Source: Eledone cirrhosa | Lineage: Eukaryota | NCBI GenBank assembly: GCA_964016885.1 | Contig: OZ024743.1 | Span: 179,676,001 to 179,740,000 of the forward strand | DNA length: 64,000 bases | Direction of reading: 5' to 3' | Shown: positions 26,685 to 39,755 of the stretch, in pieces | How the letters are laid out: every line of letters begins with the position of its first letter | How positions within the stretch are numbered: position 1 is the stretch's first letter | The notes under the pieces: model-generated | The model's input: only the letters and a program-made list of their open reading frames with translations | Told to the model about the DNA's origin: nothing | Database searches by the model: none | Position numbers and translations under genes: made by a program

Positions 26685-26905
26685 TAGTGGTTTCTTATAT
26701 AGGCACAAGGCCACCAATTTTGGGGGAGGGGAAAGTCGATTAAATCGACCCCAGTGCGTGACTGGTACTTTATTTTATCGACCCCGTAAGGATGAAAGGC
26801 AAAGTTAACCTCGGCGGGATTTGAACTCAGATCATAAAGGGCCGTAACTCTTTGCTGCAAAGCATGGCGTCCGACTCTCTACCGATACTGCCAATCTACC
26901 GCCCT
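26685..26905 (-). mobile_element. tRNA-derived SINE (full length)
   Basis: Reverse complement of the 7134/28883 family. Confidence 0.85.
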
Positions 26906-26985
26906 ATATATTTATATATAATGAAGTAGATTATCTAATACATGATAATATGTATACCATGTATATATATATATATATGTATATA

Positions 26986-27017
<32 letters not shown>

Positions 27018-27091
27018 TATATATATATATATACGTAAGTATATATATATGTGTGTGTGTGTTTTTTTGCGTGTGTTTGTGTGTGTGTGAG

Positions 27092-27136
<45 letters not shown>

Positions 27137-27182
27137 TATATATATATATATATTAATATGTATATATATATATGTTTGTGTG

Positions 27183-27233
<51 letters not shown>

Positions 27234-28697
27234 ATGGTATAAACATTATTATACACATTGCACATTAAAGCATAACTGTGCTATAGCTATACAAAATACA
27301 AAAAACTGTACCAATGTTTGAATTGATATATAAAATTCTATACATATTTTCATATATTTTAAATTTTTTAAATAAAAAAAATACCACTTAACAAAACAGA
27401 ATTGTGTATACTCGTTTTGAGAACTGGTAATATGACTTTAATATAACTTTCCATAAATATCACGATGAAATTAATAATATAGAAAAGAAATCAAAAATAA
27501 ATGAAGTATGTAAATTGAGAATTAAAAACAAAAAAATGATTAAATGAAAACAGAGCTTGCAAATACCTGTATATCATTAATTTTGACACATTGTTTAGCA
27601 AGTAAGTAAACTTGTGGTTTGAGTTTAACCGAGAGGGGGGGGGGGTGATACGATGGATATCCGTCAGTTTCAATGAGTTACAATTAACGAACATTTTATT
27701 TTAAGTGGTAACATTCCTGTGACAATTAATTTTCTTTATATATTAAAAAACATTACACATGACAAAGAAATGTACATTACTAGAAATCCAATATGTTATA
27801 AATTAAATAGGATAGGTTGAGGTTTCAATATGTAAACTAAACGACTAATTCTGGTTTTAAAACTTTAACAATTTTCCTACAGAATTCCCCTCCCGCTGCC
27901 AATTTCTATTCCACGTTTACCCCCCCCCCCCCCATTTTCAAACCCTGTATTATTTGGGACCAAGATATTGATTTACGTCAATATCTTGCTCATACGTAAC
28001 AGAACAGCATTGAGCAAAAGCAGAAAATATTAATAGGTATTTATGCAGAAACGATTCAGGTTTTGAATGAAATCTACGAGGAATTTGACGTATGTAAATA
28101 CACAGTTTATATTGTAAACATGTCTTATTTAGGCATGACTCCGTTGACTGAAAAAAATTGAACAGCATGGCTCTTGTTGTATACCTTGTAAGTCTTGTAC
28201 TCTCAATTAGTTAACGTACTTTATACAACACGTACATGCAGTACGATTTTGATTTTGGAGGACCCGGGACACTTCAGGTTTGGAGGCAGGGTCCTCATAC
28301 ACAAAAAAATAGAAAACACAGTAAACCCCCAATTTTACATATCAAAGTTAGCTTGGCCCAGTGTAATTGTAATTAAAAAGGTATTCATACAGGTAATACA
28401 TTTAAAATATCTAACCATGATGAAAATAAAAAGACCAGCAGATGACACAAATAAATTGCTACGGCCTTCATTGGTGGGCCGCCCCACTGCAGGAGCCCGG
28501 GGAAATTGGGCTCTTTGCCAACCATTAAATCCGGTCCTGCGTACATGAATGGAAAAACGAATGTATCTACATATGACAATGTATGTATGTATGACTGTGT
28601 GTGTGTATGTATATATGTATGAATGTATGTATGTATTTATATGAGGAGCGCTATAGCACACATATATATGTATATATACATATATACACCTACGTGT

Positions 28698-28755
<58 letters not shown>

Positions 28756-28882
28756 CTGAGAATGTATATATATATATATATATATATACCTGAGAATGTA
28801 TATATATATATATATATATATACACGGTGCGGACGGTATTTGAGGACACCTGTATTTATAGTCATTATTTTATTTGACAAAT

Positions 28883-29069
28883 AAGGTGGATTAGCAGTAA
28901 TGGTAGAGGGTCGAACGCCATACTTTGACGCATGGAGTTACGGCCCTTGCCATTCTGAGTTCAAATCCCGCCGAGGTTAACTTTGCTTTCATCCTTACGA
29001 GGTCGATAAAATAAGTACCAGTAATGCACTGGGTAAATGCTGGCCTTGTGCCAAACGTAGAAACAATTC
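28883..29069 (+). mobile_element. tRNA-derived SINE nested in the mariner 5' UTR
   Basis: 15-bp TSD TTTTATTTGACAAAT at 28868-28882 and 29070-29084. Confidence 0.9.
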
Positions 29070-29115
29070 TTTTATTTGACAAATTTTTATTGAACTTCCA
29101 TTTCAGAAAATAACA

Positions 29116-30160
29116 ATGAAAATATCTATGCTTACTCATGAAATGAAAAGGCATGTTGTGATTGTGGCTTTGGGGGCTAAGCACGGGGATTTAGAAATTC
29201 CTCGTTTTCTGAAAGCTGGAAGATCTTTTGTCCACAAGATTCGGTGTGAGTTAGAGAAAGAAGATAAAGCGTATTACCTGTATCAAAACGTAAAAAACAT
29301 TCCAAACGCTCTGATTCTATCAGGACACCTGAATTTATTCAGTAAGTTAAGCAAAACATTGATGACAATCCAGGAAAATAAATGAGGTCAATTGCAAAAG
29401 GTTTTGGTGTGTCAGAAAAAGCAATTAGAAATGTTATGCATGAAGACATTAGATACAAATCATACGCCATGAGGAGAGGTCGATTCATGTCAGAAAAAAG
29501 AAAAGAAAAGCGTTTAATCAGATCCAAAAGAATTTTAAACAAACTTAAAAATCCATCAGAAGATGATGTGATATCGGTTTTTCTCAGATGAGAAAAACTT
29601 TGACCAGGACCACAAAACATACAGAAGAAATGACAGGTGGCTATGTGCAGACCTTTCTGGGGTTCCAAGAGTAATGCACACACAATTTCCTGAAAGTATC
29701 ATGGTTTTGGGTGTTGTTAGCAATGAAGGACATGTGGTGCCTCCTCACTTTTTTCCACAAGGCCTTAGGGTGAATGCTGCTGCATATATTGAGATTCTGG
29801 ATAAAGTTGTTAAGCCTTGGATCAACAGTGTATGCAATGGAAGGCCTTATGTCTTTCAACAATGCACCATCACACAAGGCTCAATTGACACAAGAATGGA
29901 TGGCCGACAATTTCCATGATCACATTACTCCCAACATTTGGCCTCTTAATTCTCCAGGTCTCAATCCACTGGACTGCTATATATGGAGCATCGTTAAGAA
30001 AAATATCAATGAACACCCCCATAGCACCAAAGATTCTTTGAAAGCCGCAATAGTTCGAATGATGACCGATATGAACAAGGACCACTTAATCCGAGCTTGC
30101 AAACGATTTTGGCCCCGTGTAGAGGCAGTTATTGATGCTTATGGGGGTTTTATTGAATGA
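29116..30160 (+). pseudogene. DD37D transposase, frameshifted
   Basis: HTH MRSIAKGFGVSEKAIRNVM, FSDEKNF, IMVLGVVS, FQQ[D deleted]..APSH, WPLNSPGLNPLD. The reconstructed spacing between the 2nd and 3rd D is 37 aa. Confidence 0.9.
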
Positions 30161-30285
30161 AATTATTTAATTGATAATTTAGCTTAATGTTTATGTTATT
30201 TTTATAGGAATACAGTTTTTTCTGTTATTATATAAGCGGTGGTTTTAACCATAAATCTGTCCTCAAATACCGTCCGCACCCTGTG

Positions 30286-30347
<62 letters not shown>

Positions 30348-30511
30348 TATGCAGTACTACATTGTCATACTTCTGAATCAATTTTGAACATGTTTTTATC
30401 CGTACTTTTCATCCATTTTGCATTTCATTGTTCACGTTCTTCTCTCTGTTTCCCTCGCCATCTCTCTCCCACTCTCTCTCCCTCTCTTTCTCCCTCTCCC
30501 ACACTCCCTCA

Positions 30512-30547
<36 letters not shown>

Positions 30548-30627
30548 ATATATATATATATATATTTCATTTGTCTTTATTACATATATCGATATTTTTG
30601 TTTATATCTATCTATCTCTATATATAG

Positions 30628-30660
30628 AGTAGTAGCAGTAGCAACAGCAGCAGTAGCAGT

Positions 30661-30716
<56 letters not shown>

Positions 30717-30817
30717 CAGTAGTAGCAGTAGTGTGCTTATACGAAACAGGATTTCCAACCAAGTTAGAACATGATATATCTGTGATACATATACAAAAAT
30801 AAGCATTAAACAGAGTT

Positions 30818-30855
<38 letters not shown>

Positions 30856-30988
30856 GTATAAATATATATATACATATATACGTATGTATATATGCGGGGC
30901 GGTGTATGTGTTTTTGTGTGTGTGAGTGTGTACATATACATACATACATACATACATACATACATACATACATACATACATACATACA

Positions 30989-31020
<32 letters not shown>
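30628..31020. repeat. (GTA/GCA)n and (TACA)n microsatellites
   Basis: Direct reading. Confidence 0.9.
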
Positions 31021-31021
<1 letters not shown>

Positions 31022-31211
31022 GTGTGTCTGTATGGCTGTGTGTGTGTAGGTATTATGCATATCTAAGTAGATATGTGAGTTTACACCCGCACGTGTGAGC
31101 GTTTCATCCATTCAAACACACGCATATATGTATAGTGTACGTGTATATGTGTACTAGGTAAACACATCTGCCATTCCGTATATATTTATATATATATATA
31201 TATTATATATT

Positions 31212-31284
<73 letters not shown>

Positions 31285-31808
31285 CACACATATATATATA
31301 CATATATATAGAAAGAGAGCGCGAGAGAGATATGGGAATATATAGATAGAGAGGGTAGAAAAGGACACACACACACATACACACATATATATATGTTGAG
31401 AGATATGTACATATAGAGCTGTATATGTATTTATCTCTTCCCTATATGACAGTCTTTCAGAAATCAATACTATAAAAAAATTGGATGTTTTATATAAACG
31501 TTTTGGAATAATAGCGATGAGTAATATGTAATATATACACATACGCATAACATATACGTATACGCAGAATCGCATAAGCTTCCATGCACACGCATGCACA
31601 CGCTCACAGATGCAGTCATTTTCACATTCACTGACGTTTTACATAAGCCTCAACCTATTTAAACTATCTGTTGGTGTTTATATTTAAGTTTTTAATGCTT
31701 TGCCGCACAAACAAAATGAACGAAACCTAACTGTATCTGAAGCCGTATTACTGTTTCAAAATCTCACAAAACTCCGCACACACGCACATATATATTATAC
31801 ACAAATAA

Positions 31809-31883
<75 letters not shown>

Positions 31884-31885
31884 AG

Positions 31886-31922
<37 letters not shown>

Positions 31923-31923
31923 G

Positions 31924-32203
31924 TAATAATTGTTTCTATTTTAGGCACAAGGCCAGCAATTACCCAGTACATTACTGGTACTTTATTTTATCGACCCCGT
32001 AAGGATGAAAGGCAAAGTTAACCTCGGCGGGATTTGAACTCAGATCATAAAGGGACGTAACTCTATGCTTCAAAGCATGGTGTCCGACTCTCTACCGATA
32101 CTGCCAATCCATATATAGTAATAATTGTTTCTACGTTAGGCACAAGGCCAGCAATTACCCAGTGCATTACTGGTACTTTATTTTATCGACCCCGTAAGGA
32201 TGA
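31924..32203 (-). mobile_element. tRNA-derived SINE plus tandem partial duplicate (32117-32203)
   Basis: Same family. The 3' half is repeated immediately after. Confidence 0.8.
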
Positions 32204-32324
32204 ATAATAATATATAAACCGAGAGAGAGAAGGAAGTGGGAGAGAGAAAAAAAAGAGAGGAGAGAAAACGAGAGAGAGGGAGAGGGAGAGAGATAGAAAG
32301 CGAGAGAGAGAGAGAGAGTGAGTG

Positions 32325-32405
<81 letters not shown>

Positions 32406-32539
32406 AGTTTGGTGAGAGAGATGTGTTTGGTTTTTGAAAGACTAGGAGATAATACATAATATCAAACTAAAGTGTAATAGCTGCTGAGATTAGCAGCTGT
32501 AACTATTTTGAGTTTCACGACTGCTCGCTGGTCACACAG

Positions 32540-32770
32540 GTTCTGTACTTCATGGGTAATCGTGAAACCTGGGAGTAGCCAGAGTCACTAATACCGACAG
32601 GAGACCCCGATGTGAACCCTGAGCAATATCGTTGGATAACATACATAAGCTTGGCTGGTCTCGCTTTGGGATACAAACGGATCAATTGGAGACAGTTGCT
32701 TATGACAGGACCCGCTGAGATGAGTGTTTGAGGACTCTGCCCCATGACCCTACCAAGATTAAGTGGGCGA
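32540..32770 (+). mobile_element. RTE-type LINE 3' fragment
   Basis: Homologous to 15870-16135 (GGCTGGTCTCGCTT..GACAGGACCC..GACTCTGCCC). Confidence 0.65.
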
Positions 32771-32788
32771 ATATATATATATATATAC

Positions 32789-34264
32789 TCAATTATATTA
32801 AATAAATGGAAACTATATTTTTATAAAACCATATTTATTCTATTATATATATTTATATATTTCAAGGGTACCAAAACTTTGGTACGCTTTCATCAGATAA
32901 AATACAAAGTTTGTTTTATAAATATTGACATAACCAAGAAAAGATACCTTAACGGTTCAAGTTTTTCCTGGATAGTGAAGGAAAAGAGAAGAAAAGTCAG
33001 ATATTTCAAATTATTAAGATGAGTATGCAAATGAGGTTGAGGTATAAGCCTGAAAAAACGTTATTTTTAGACGCTATGCAGAATTTAAATAATTAGAATA
33101 TATGCATGTATGAGTAGGCTGAAGAAAAAAATAAAGAAGAGCTTTGTATTTACGTTAAGTTTAAAGGAATTAACAATTTGCAGGAATGGTGGAATATGAT
33201 TCCAGAATTTAAAATTTATTTAGCTATATTATGAGTTATAATATTGTATATATAATCAATTAGATTATATAAAGAATTATGGTTGTAAGTAGATTTTATC
33301 TTATTACATTAGAACAGGTTGTAAGTATATAAATATCTATATAGATTAATAATTGTGCATGTATAAGTATTATAGAAATAGAAATAAGTTACAATTATTA
33401 GTTGTTTACATTTCTCATATGAGTTACGAAGGATGTTGCTTCTGCATTTTACATTAAAAAAGACGTAGTTCAAGTTGTAAGAGGAGAACAATTTGTAGAT
33501 TCTAATATTTTGTTCCAACATTGAAAATGTTTTCAGAATATTGTTAATTTAGCGAAGTTATATAGTTTATCATACATATTATATTACATTATAATGTTTA
33601 TGTTTGCACGCTTGAGAAGGAAAAGATAACTCCAATCTTGTTTGCTAATCGTTAAATTTGATGAATGATTTACTCAGAAAATATATAGAGAAAATTATAT
33701 ATTATTTTGTGTGAGATTAATTTCAATTATATATTATTTTAGTCGAAAGATGTGTGAAAGTTTGAAGATCAAAGAAGAGGGAAAAAGTAATGTGCATTTA
33801 GAAGAACTATCGTAAAGAGGATAACTTTCAGAATGTCAATTAAAGATTATCAATCTACATCTAAAAATATATATATATATATTCATTAAGAAAATAATGT
33901 CAAATGGTAGAATTAGTAAAAATATTAAAAATTAAGAAGGAAGATCATTTAAAAAATTTTAATTTTAATTTTTTTTTTATTTTTAAAGAAAATACTTAGT
34001 AAAGGTGTATAAGATATAGTCAAGTGTAGTGAATATCATGAATTAAAAATACTTCTGAAAGTGGAATATTGGCGATGTCTGCAACTAGAAAATAATTCTG
34101 TTTTAAGATTAATAGAGTTTTGACAGTTAATTATATAAAAAATTTCCTCGATACACAAGTTACAGAATCTTGTGAAAGCAATATTTCATATGTCGAGTGC
34201 TCTGAATCAGTTATAAACATTTATATTCGTTGAATTACCAACAAATTGAATATCTCTTTTACTT
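32789..34264 (-). mobile_element. 5'-truncated Naiad-type PLE (endonuclease C-terminus, ~1.1 kb 3' UTR, HHR) with inverted terminal tail
   Basis: Minus strand 34185-34036 translates to TRFCNLCIEEIFYIINCQNSINLKTELFSSCRHRQYSTFRSIFNS*. The HHR at 32835-32904 is nearly identical to 524-585. 34190-34264 matches the tail at 855-928. Confidence 0.8.
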
Positions 34265-34565
34265 ATATATATATATATATATATTAAAATAACAGATCAA
34301 AATTTAAGCAAAGAATCGCTGCTTTCCCCCTTAACGAGATCTTCTAAAACTAAAAAAATCAATGTGTGAACGCAGAAGTAAACATTTCGAAAAACGTTGC
34401 AAACGAAGGAAAACAGGAAGACGATACTTTGGTTCGTGAAGACGTTCCTTGGAAATGAACGGAAAAAGGCGAAGATAATACGTCATTATGTGTAGCCCTC
34501 TTTGAATTCTAGTCTTCACATTTATTTATTATTATTACTATATATATATATATATATAAGTGGAC

Positions 34566-34655
34566 GAAGAAGAAGAAGAAGAAGAAGAAGAAGAAGAAGA
34601 AGAAGAAGAAGAAGAAGAAGAAGAAGAAGAAGAAGAAGAAGAAGAAGAAGAAGAA
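34566..34655. repeat. (GAA)n microsatellite, ~30 units
   Basis: Direct reading. Confidence 0.95.
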
Positions 34656-35978
34656 ACTGATGGCTGATTAAACATATTGTCAAAAGTTTCCACCTTATAT
34701 TCTTTTAAAAATTAATGTATCTAGATCTTCATTCATCACAATGTCTTATCTTTAATTTAAGACTGAAATGAATGAATTGAGTACGATTTGACTCGTGTTT
34801 TTTAGAAGGCCCCGTTGTGGAATTGTGGCTGCATGTAACTGTTGTTGTATAGCTATATGTCAAGCCTGAATGAGCAGACGTATATCCAAAACATTTGAGA
34901 AGTTACCATTCCTTTTCCGTGATTTGATTCACTTACTATATCTAGTCCACAAAGCGATCTTCAAAGCGTCTTTAACTTTTACTATGGGAACCCACTAATG
35001 CGAAACGTAAACGTAGAAAACCTTTCATGACATTACAGAGAGTCATTGAGGAAGATAGAAAATTATCCTATGATGGATTGAGCAGTTAATGTTGGATCGT
35101 GTGAGATGGAAAGGGTTTATTCTTCTTGTCACCATAAAGAAATGGATGGATTTAGTAGTAGTTAGTAATATACCTAGTACCGCATTACATATTGGAGTGT
35201 TCCAGAGATTTTAACTAATTTGGCGTAGATTAAGCTACTATTGCTAGAAGAAGGCTTCCTCTCCCTCCCCCTATTTGCCTCAGATGGTTGTAATGGAATG
35301 ACAGGAAGAGAATATAGTAGGAGGCAGTCATCAAAGTTATTACAGCCCTGCTAAATAACGAGACGCCATGTTATATACAATTTTCCAGAAAAAAAAGGCG
35401 TCATAAATAATTGCATTTGAGAAAGGGTTTAGATGGTTATATTGTATGTTCATATATGGTGAGAAAAAGCACTCAGCATTATGATTTTCTTACATAACAA
35501 GAACCGAATCAGTGATAGGATAAGAATGATGAGACGCAATATATGAAAAAAATAAACATTTTAAAGAAACATTAACGGTAATTTTAGAATATTGACTTGT
35601 TGATAGGTTATGTGTTCCATACACAGATATACACAAAAACACAAACAAGCACACGTAAACATATACACAGATATAAGCACTGAAAGAATCCTACATACAT
35701 ACATATACGCAAAGAAGTGTATAAAGATAAGATAGGTATTAGAGAAATAGGTATCGAATATTTCAAAGGAATATGTTTATTATAAATATAAGCGTATGTT
35801 TGTGCTTGTGTGTGAGTCATGGGTGATTGCATGTATGTATATATTGCACGTATGCGTGCTTATCATCTGTATACACATGTATGTATATATATATATGTAT
35901 ACAAATATATACATATATATACATACACACACACACATATATATATATAAATATATATAAGTGTGTGTGTGTGTGTAC

Positions 35979-36026
<48 letters not shown>

Positions 36027-36121
36027 GTATATATATATGTATATATATATATATATATACATATATATAAATATATATACACACACACACACATATATAT
36101 GTGTGTGTGTATGTATATATA

Positions 36122-36221
<100 letters not shown>

Positions 36222-36271
36222 TTTAATACAATAACCGAGATAGTTTAAAGCTATTCTCTGACTGGTAACCA

Positions 36272-36308
<37 letters not shown>

Positions 36309-36311
<3 letters not shown>

Positions 36312-36780
36312 GGACAAGATAAGTGAGTTTCCATTTTATATTGGTAAAATCCTATTTGTGAAATGATTATCTAAATATTAGTGAAAGAACAGCTTACCAG
36401 ATATTTTTCTGAACTTGGTTAATGGAGTCCTGGGTTTATGTTTAGATGCTAAATCCTCGAGTATAGTAGAGGTTCCAAGAATTCACGGTGTAAAGTATTA
36501 TAAATTAGATAAAATAAGCAAGTAATAAGGAAAAGTATGTAGAGATATTTCTTTGATTAAATAATATAACACATGTTTCATCACCGATTTATAATCATCT
36601 CCGAGAGCTGGATACGTATATCACTCACTCACTGTATGTTTATCATCGGCGAATCTTCAGAGAATAATGAATAATGAAATAATAAAATAAGTAATTTTTA
36701 GGTATATTTGTGTAAAAGCCCTTAATTAATCAAATAAATCTCTCTTCCATTTTTTCTTCCCTTCTTGCATGCATTTCTCA
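36309..36780 (-). mobile_element. Older PLE pLTR derivative with long-helix-II HHR
   Basis: Minus strand reads CTGAAGA (36654-36660)-TTCGCCGAT...ATCGGTGAT-GAAA (36576-36579)-CATGTG-TT. 36726-36768 is a degenerate inverted copy of 36518-36560. Flanked by (TA)n. Confidence 0.6.
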
Positions 36781-36959
36781 TATATAATATATATATATAT
36801 ATATATTAGTAAATTTGTATTCCAATGTTACTAAGTAGTTGCATTGGATGGAGTCAACCGACGTCGGAGATTGCTCAACGTATAATAAAGTGTGTTTTAA
36901 AATCCGGAGAAAATATGGAGAAGTTTATGAAACGGAAATGCGGGTATAAAGAATTTATT

Positions 36960-37076
36960 AGGTAACAATTGTTTCTATAGTGTATGGGTTACCTATACCT
37001 CGCTATTTGAATAATATAAAAATATTATCATAAACCGAAGGTACACTGCAAGCAAACACACCATGTCGTCAGACCT
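36960..37076 (-). ncRNA. Type I hammerhead motif with ~90-nt extended helix II (3' pLTR)
   Basis: AGGT-CTGACGA-(C)ATGGTGTGT...ATACACTAT(A)-GAAA-C-AATT-GTT-ACCT on the minus strand. Confidence 0.75.
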
Positions 37077-37424
37077 TTGTATTGGAATGATATGAAAATA
37101 TTTTATACACTAGATAAAAGAGAAAGAAGGAGGTAGGAAGAGAAGGGGAAGAGGGAAGTGAGTAAGGGGGAGGGAGTCCTAGGATTTAAGACTGTCAGAC
37201 TAGTAGAGATTGTAAGGAGAGAATGTTTTTGCAGCAGTTAGCTTAATGAGGCGTGTTAGGGTTGGCCGGGGAAGTAAATTCTTCTAGTGGTGTTGTGTGG
37301 ACAAAATTTAGTTAAAGGGGTCAAAGTGGTACAGAGTTACAGACAAGTTATTGGGGCTATTATAGTAGCAGGTTATTTCTAAAGGGGTCCAGAAAACAGT
37401 GTTTAGTTCTATTACTATAGAAAG

Positions 37425-39755
37425 TCATAACTTGTGTATAAACATATAAAACAGAAATTTGGAAACGGTGGTGTAAAAAGGTAACATTACATGCATGTAA
37501 AAAAAAGAAAAAGTCGTTTTCAAACGTGAACGTTCAATTTTGCTGTTCAAAAGTTTGTTTACCGGTGTTAAAATGCAGTATATCTCCATATTGCATAATT
37601 TACAGAATCGATGATTTTGTTTATATGCAGGGGCAGAAACAACAATTTGCCAATCAAGGGAGAATGCTTGATTGTTCCTCCGGAGCTGCCAGGCTTTATC
37701 GGCGAGGGTTGTTACGGAGCGCATTTTCTCGTGCCTGATCGAAGATCGATGTTGGTATAGGCGAGCTTTGAAAGAAGTTGCGGTACATCCGACGTAATAC
37801 CATTTGTTGGTTCCGGAATTTATTGTACATCGGTAGACAATATTGCGTGCTAGGCACTGGTTATTCAGTGGGCACGTACCTGGTTTGGTGCAGTTACAAT
37901 TATTTTTATGTTTTGCAGTAGTATCCTGGATAGTTTGGTGGGGTTGTAGTTGCGTGTTAGTGCGTTGTATGTTGCTATGCTGGTGCGCTGAGTCATTAGG
38001 GATGCACTTATTTAGTATTGCTGAGTTGAGTTTTTTAATTAGTTGTTCTATGTTAGGTGCAGTGGAGTATGAGAGTCTAATGGTGCGCGAGTTAAAGATT
38101 TTATAGTATTTATGTGAATTTGTAAAGTGTTTATTGATTAGTGTATAGAATTGTGAGATAATCTTAGTGCTAATAGAATTATTGTACACGGGGTTATACC
38201 ATATGTACTCTCTACGTCTGACTCTATTTGCTGGTTTGCACCTATTAGTATGCCTATTGATGTGTGTGTGTGGTGCAATACTAGTTCGACTTAGATGTGT
38301 TTTATTCATAGTACTTATGTGGTTATCGTCTAGATATTCTATTTTCTCGCAGTAACCAGCTTTTCTAAGTGCGTCATTATAATATTCAGCATGCTCGTTG
38401 AAGGTCTGCAAATTAGACGACAGTCGAGAGATCCTTATGGATATATTTTTAGGGATAGATTTAATAATGGAATGGGGGTGGTTCGATTTTACATTAACGT
38501 ACTTGGGATTTTCATTAAGTTTGTGAAATGGCTCTATATTACCGTTATTAAGGTTGAAGGTGACATCCAAGAAGTTGACCACCTTAAGATTGTGTTCGAA
38601 GGTAATATTAAGCCCTAGTTCCAAGAAAAGTTTCCTAATGTTTTTACGTTGCCTTTCTAGGTTTTGTTTGTTCATATTCTTGACTAATAGAAGTGTATCG
38701 TCGCGGTATATTCTGCCGTGGAGGTCCGTAAATTCGCTCTGGAGTCTGTGGGCTATATAGATCCCAACCAGATCCGTGACCTCCGCCGAATCATTAGAAC
38801 CCATCGTAATGTCGAATTCCGAGGGTCTATCTCTGCGGACCCAATAAATATTTTCAAAATGGACTACTGTGCGTCTAGCTTCAAGTATAATATTAATTTC
38901 CTCGTTTGTGAGGTCCGAGTTAGTCTTAGCGAATGAGAGGGCCTTATGCAGGGTTTCGGGTGAAATAGAGGAATAGTATTCATCTATATCGAATTGAATA
39001 AAAGAAGATTTGTTTTTGTCACTAATGTTATTGAACCATCTTATTGCCTGTTGAGTATTACCCCATAATTTAATATCTACCTTAGCCTTAACTTGGAGGA
39101 TAATCCGATCTAATATGTACTTACTGATTCTACCTATATCGGACTTTGAAGGACATATTAATCTAATGTTAGGGTTAGTATCGAAGTTATCCTTATGGTC
39201 CTTCAGATTAAAAGTCGGTGTAGCTGGAGATAGGGGTACCGTTCTGTCGTCAATTTTCAGTTTCTTAACAATATCACATGCTGCGTTATTAATGTTGGTT
39301 AGTGTAGTTGCGTTTGTTTTGTTGTACTTCCTATGTAATTCCTTACGTATAAAATTATTATATGTTTCTACATCCAGGGTGTATAGATTCGATGTTTTGT
39401 CTGCCTTTATGATAATTCCTTTGGTATTCCTTAGGTTGTCGAGTAGAGTTTTAATATCTCGTTGCAGTTCGTTTTTCCTTCCGTTTGTAAATTTGATTCC
39501 GGTTATCATTTTCATTAAGTCCTGCTCGAAAGAATCCAAAAGAGGGTTAGAGGATGGGTTTTTGTAGGATTTGAAACCAAACTTATCGTTGTTGGTGTCG
39601 GAAGTTTGTGTAATCCTTTTCCTATCGAAGTGGAAGGCCCTCCATCTAATCCGCCGAATAAATTCGTTGGTCCTTTGTATCATACCAAGAATGTATTCTT
39701 TTTTACCCTGAATGGGTATGTTTTTTAAGGACATACCACAATGATGTTTTTCCAT
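37425..39755 (-). CDS. PLE polyprotein: reverse transcriptase + Cys-rich linker + GIY-YIG endonuclease (776 aa ORF)
   Basis: N-terminal SLKNIP..FIRRIRWRA; RT motifs KDHK, FDIDEYYSSI, MGS, YRDD, VNFLDV, SNHP; linker CNCTKPGTCPLNNQC; endonuclease NIVY..YYVG..FKARLYQH..CKLC..E..N. No internal stops, but the extreme C-terminus appears altered. Confidence 0.93.
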   Translation of the reverse strand: MEKHHCGMSLKNIPIQGKKEYILGMIQRTNEFIRRIRWRAFHFDRKRITQTSDTNNDKFGFKSYKNPSSNPLLDSFEQDLMKMITGIKFTNGRKNELQRDIKTLLDNLRNTKGIIIKADKTSNLYTLDVETYNNFIRKELHRKYNKTNATTLTNINNAACDIVKKLKIDDRTVPLSPATPTFNLKDHKDNFDTNPNIRLICPSKSDIGRISKYILDRIILQVKAKVDIKLWGNTQQAIRWFNNISDKNKSSFIQFDIDEYYSSISPETLHKALSFAKTNSDLTNEEINIILEARRTVVHFENIYWVRRDRPSEFDITMGSNDSAEVTDLVGIYIAHRLQSEFTDLHGRIYRDDTLLLVKNMNKQNLERQRKNIRKLFLELGLNITFEHNLKVVNFLDVTFNLNNGNIEPFHKLNENPKYVNVKSNHPHSIIKSIPKNISIRISRLSSNLQTFNEHAEYYNDALRKAGYCEKIEYLDDNHISTMNKTHLSRTSIAPHTHINRHTNRCKPANRVRRREYIWYNPVYNNSISTKIISQFYTLINKHFTNSHKYYKIFNSRTIRLSYSTAPNIEQLIKKLNSAILNKCIPNDSAHQHSNIQRTNTQLQPHQTIQDTTAKHKNNCNCTKPGTCPLNNQCLARNIVYRCTINSGTNKWYYVGCTATSFKARLYQHRSSIRHEKMRSVTTLADKAWQLRRNNQAFSLDWQIVVSAPAYKQNHRFCKLCNMEIYCILTPVNKLLNSKIERSRLKTTFSFFYMHVMLPFYTTVSKFLFYMFIHKL

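Larger units (their letters stand above)
28823..30283 (+). mobile_element. Tc1/mariner DNA transposon, DD37D (maT) type
   Basis: 26-bp TIRs CACGGTGCGGACGGTATTTGAGGACA / TGTCCTCAAATACCGTCCGCACCCTG. Inserted in (TA)n. Contains a transposase pseudogene. Confidence 0.92.

Noticed and set aside
28480-28540. hAT-like terminal sequence (TTAAATCCGGTCCTG)
   Set aside because: No matching opposite terminus or TSD was found with confidence.
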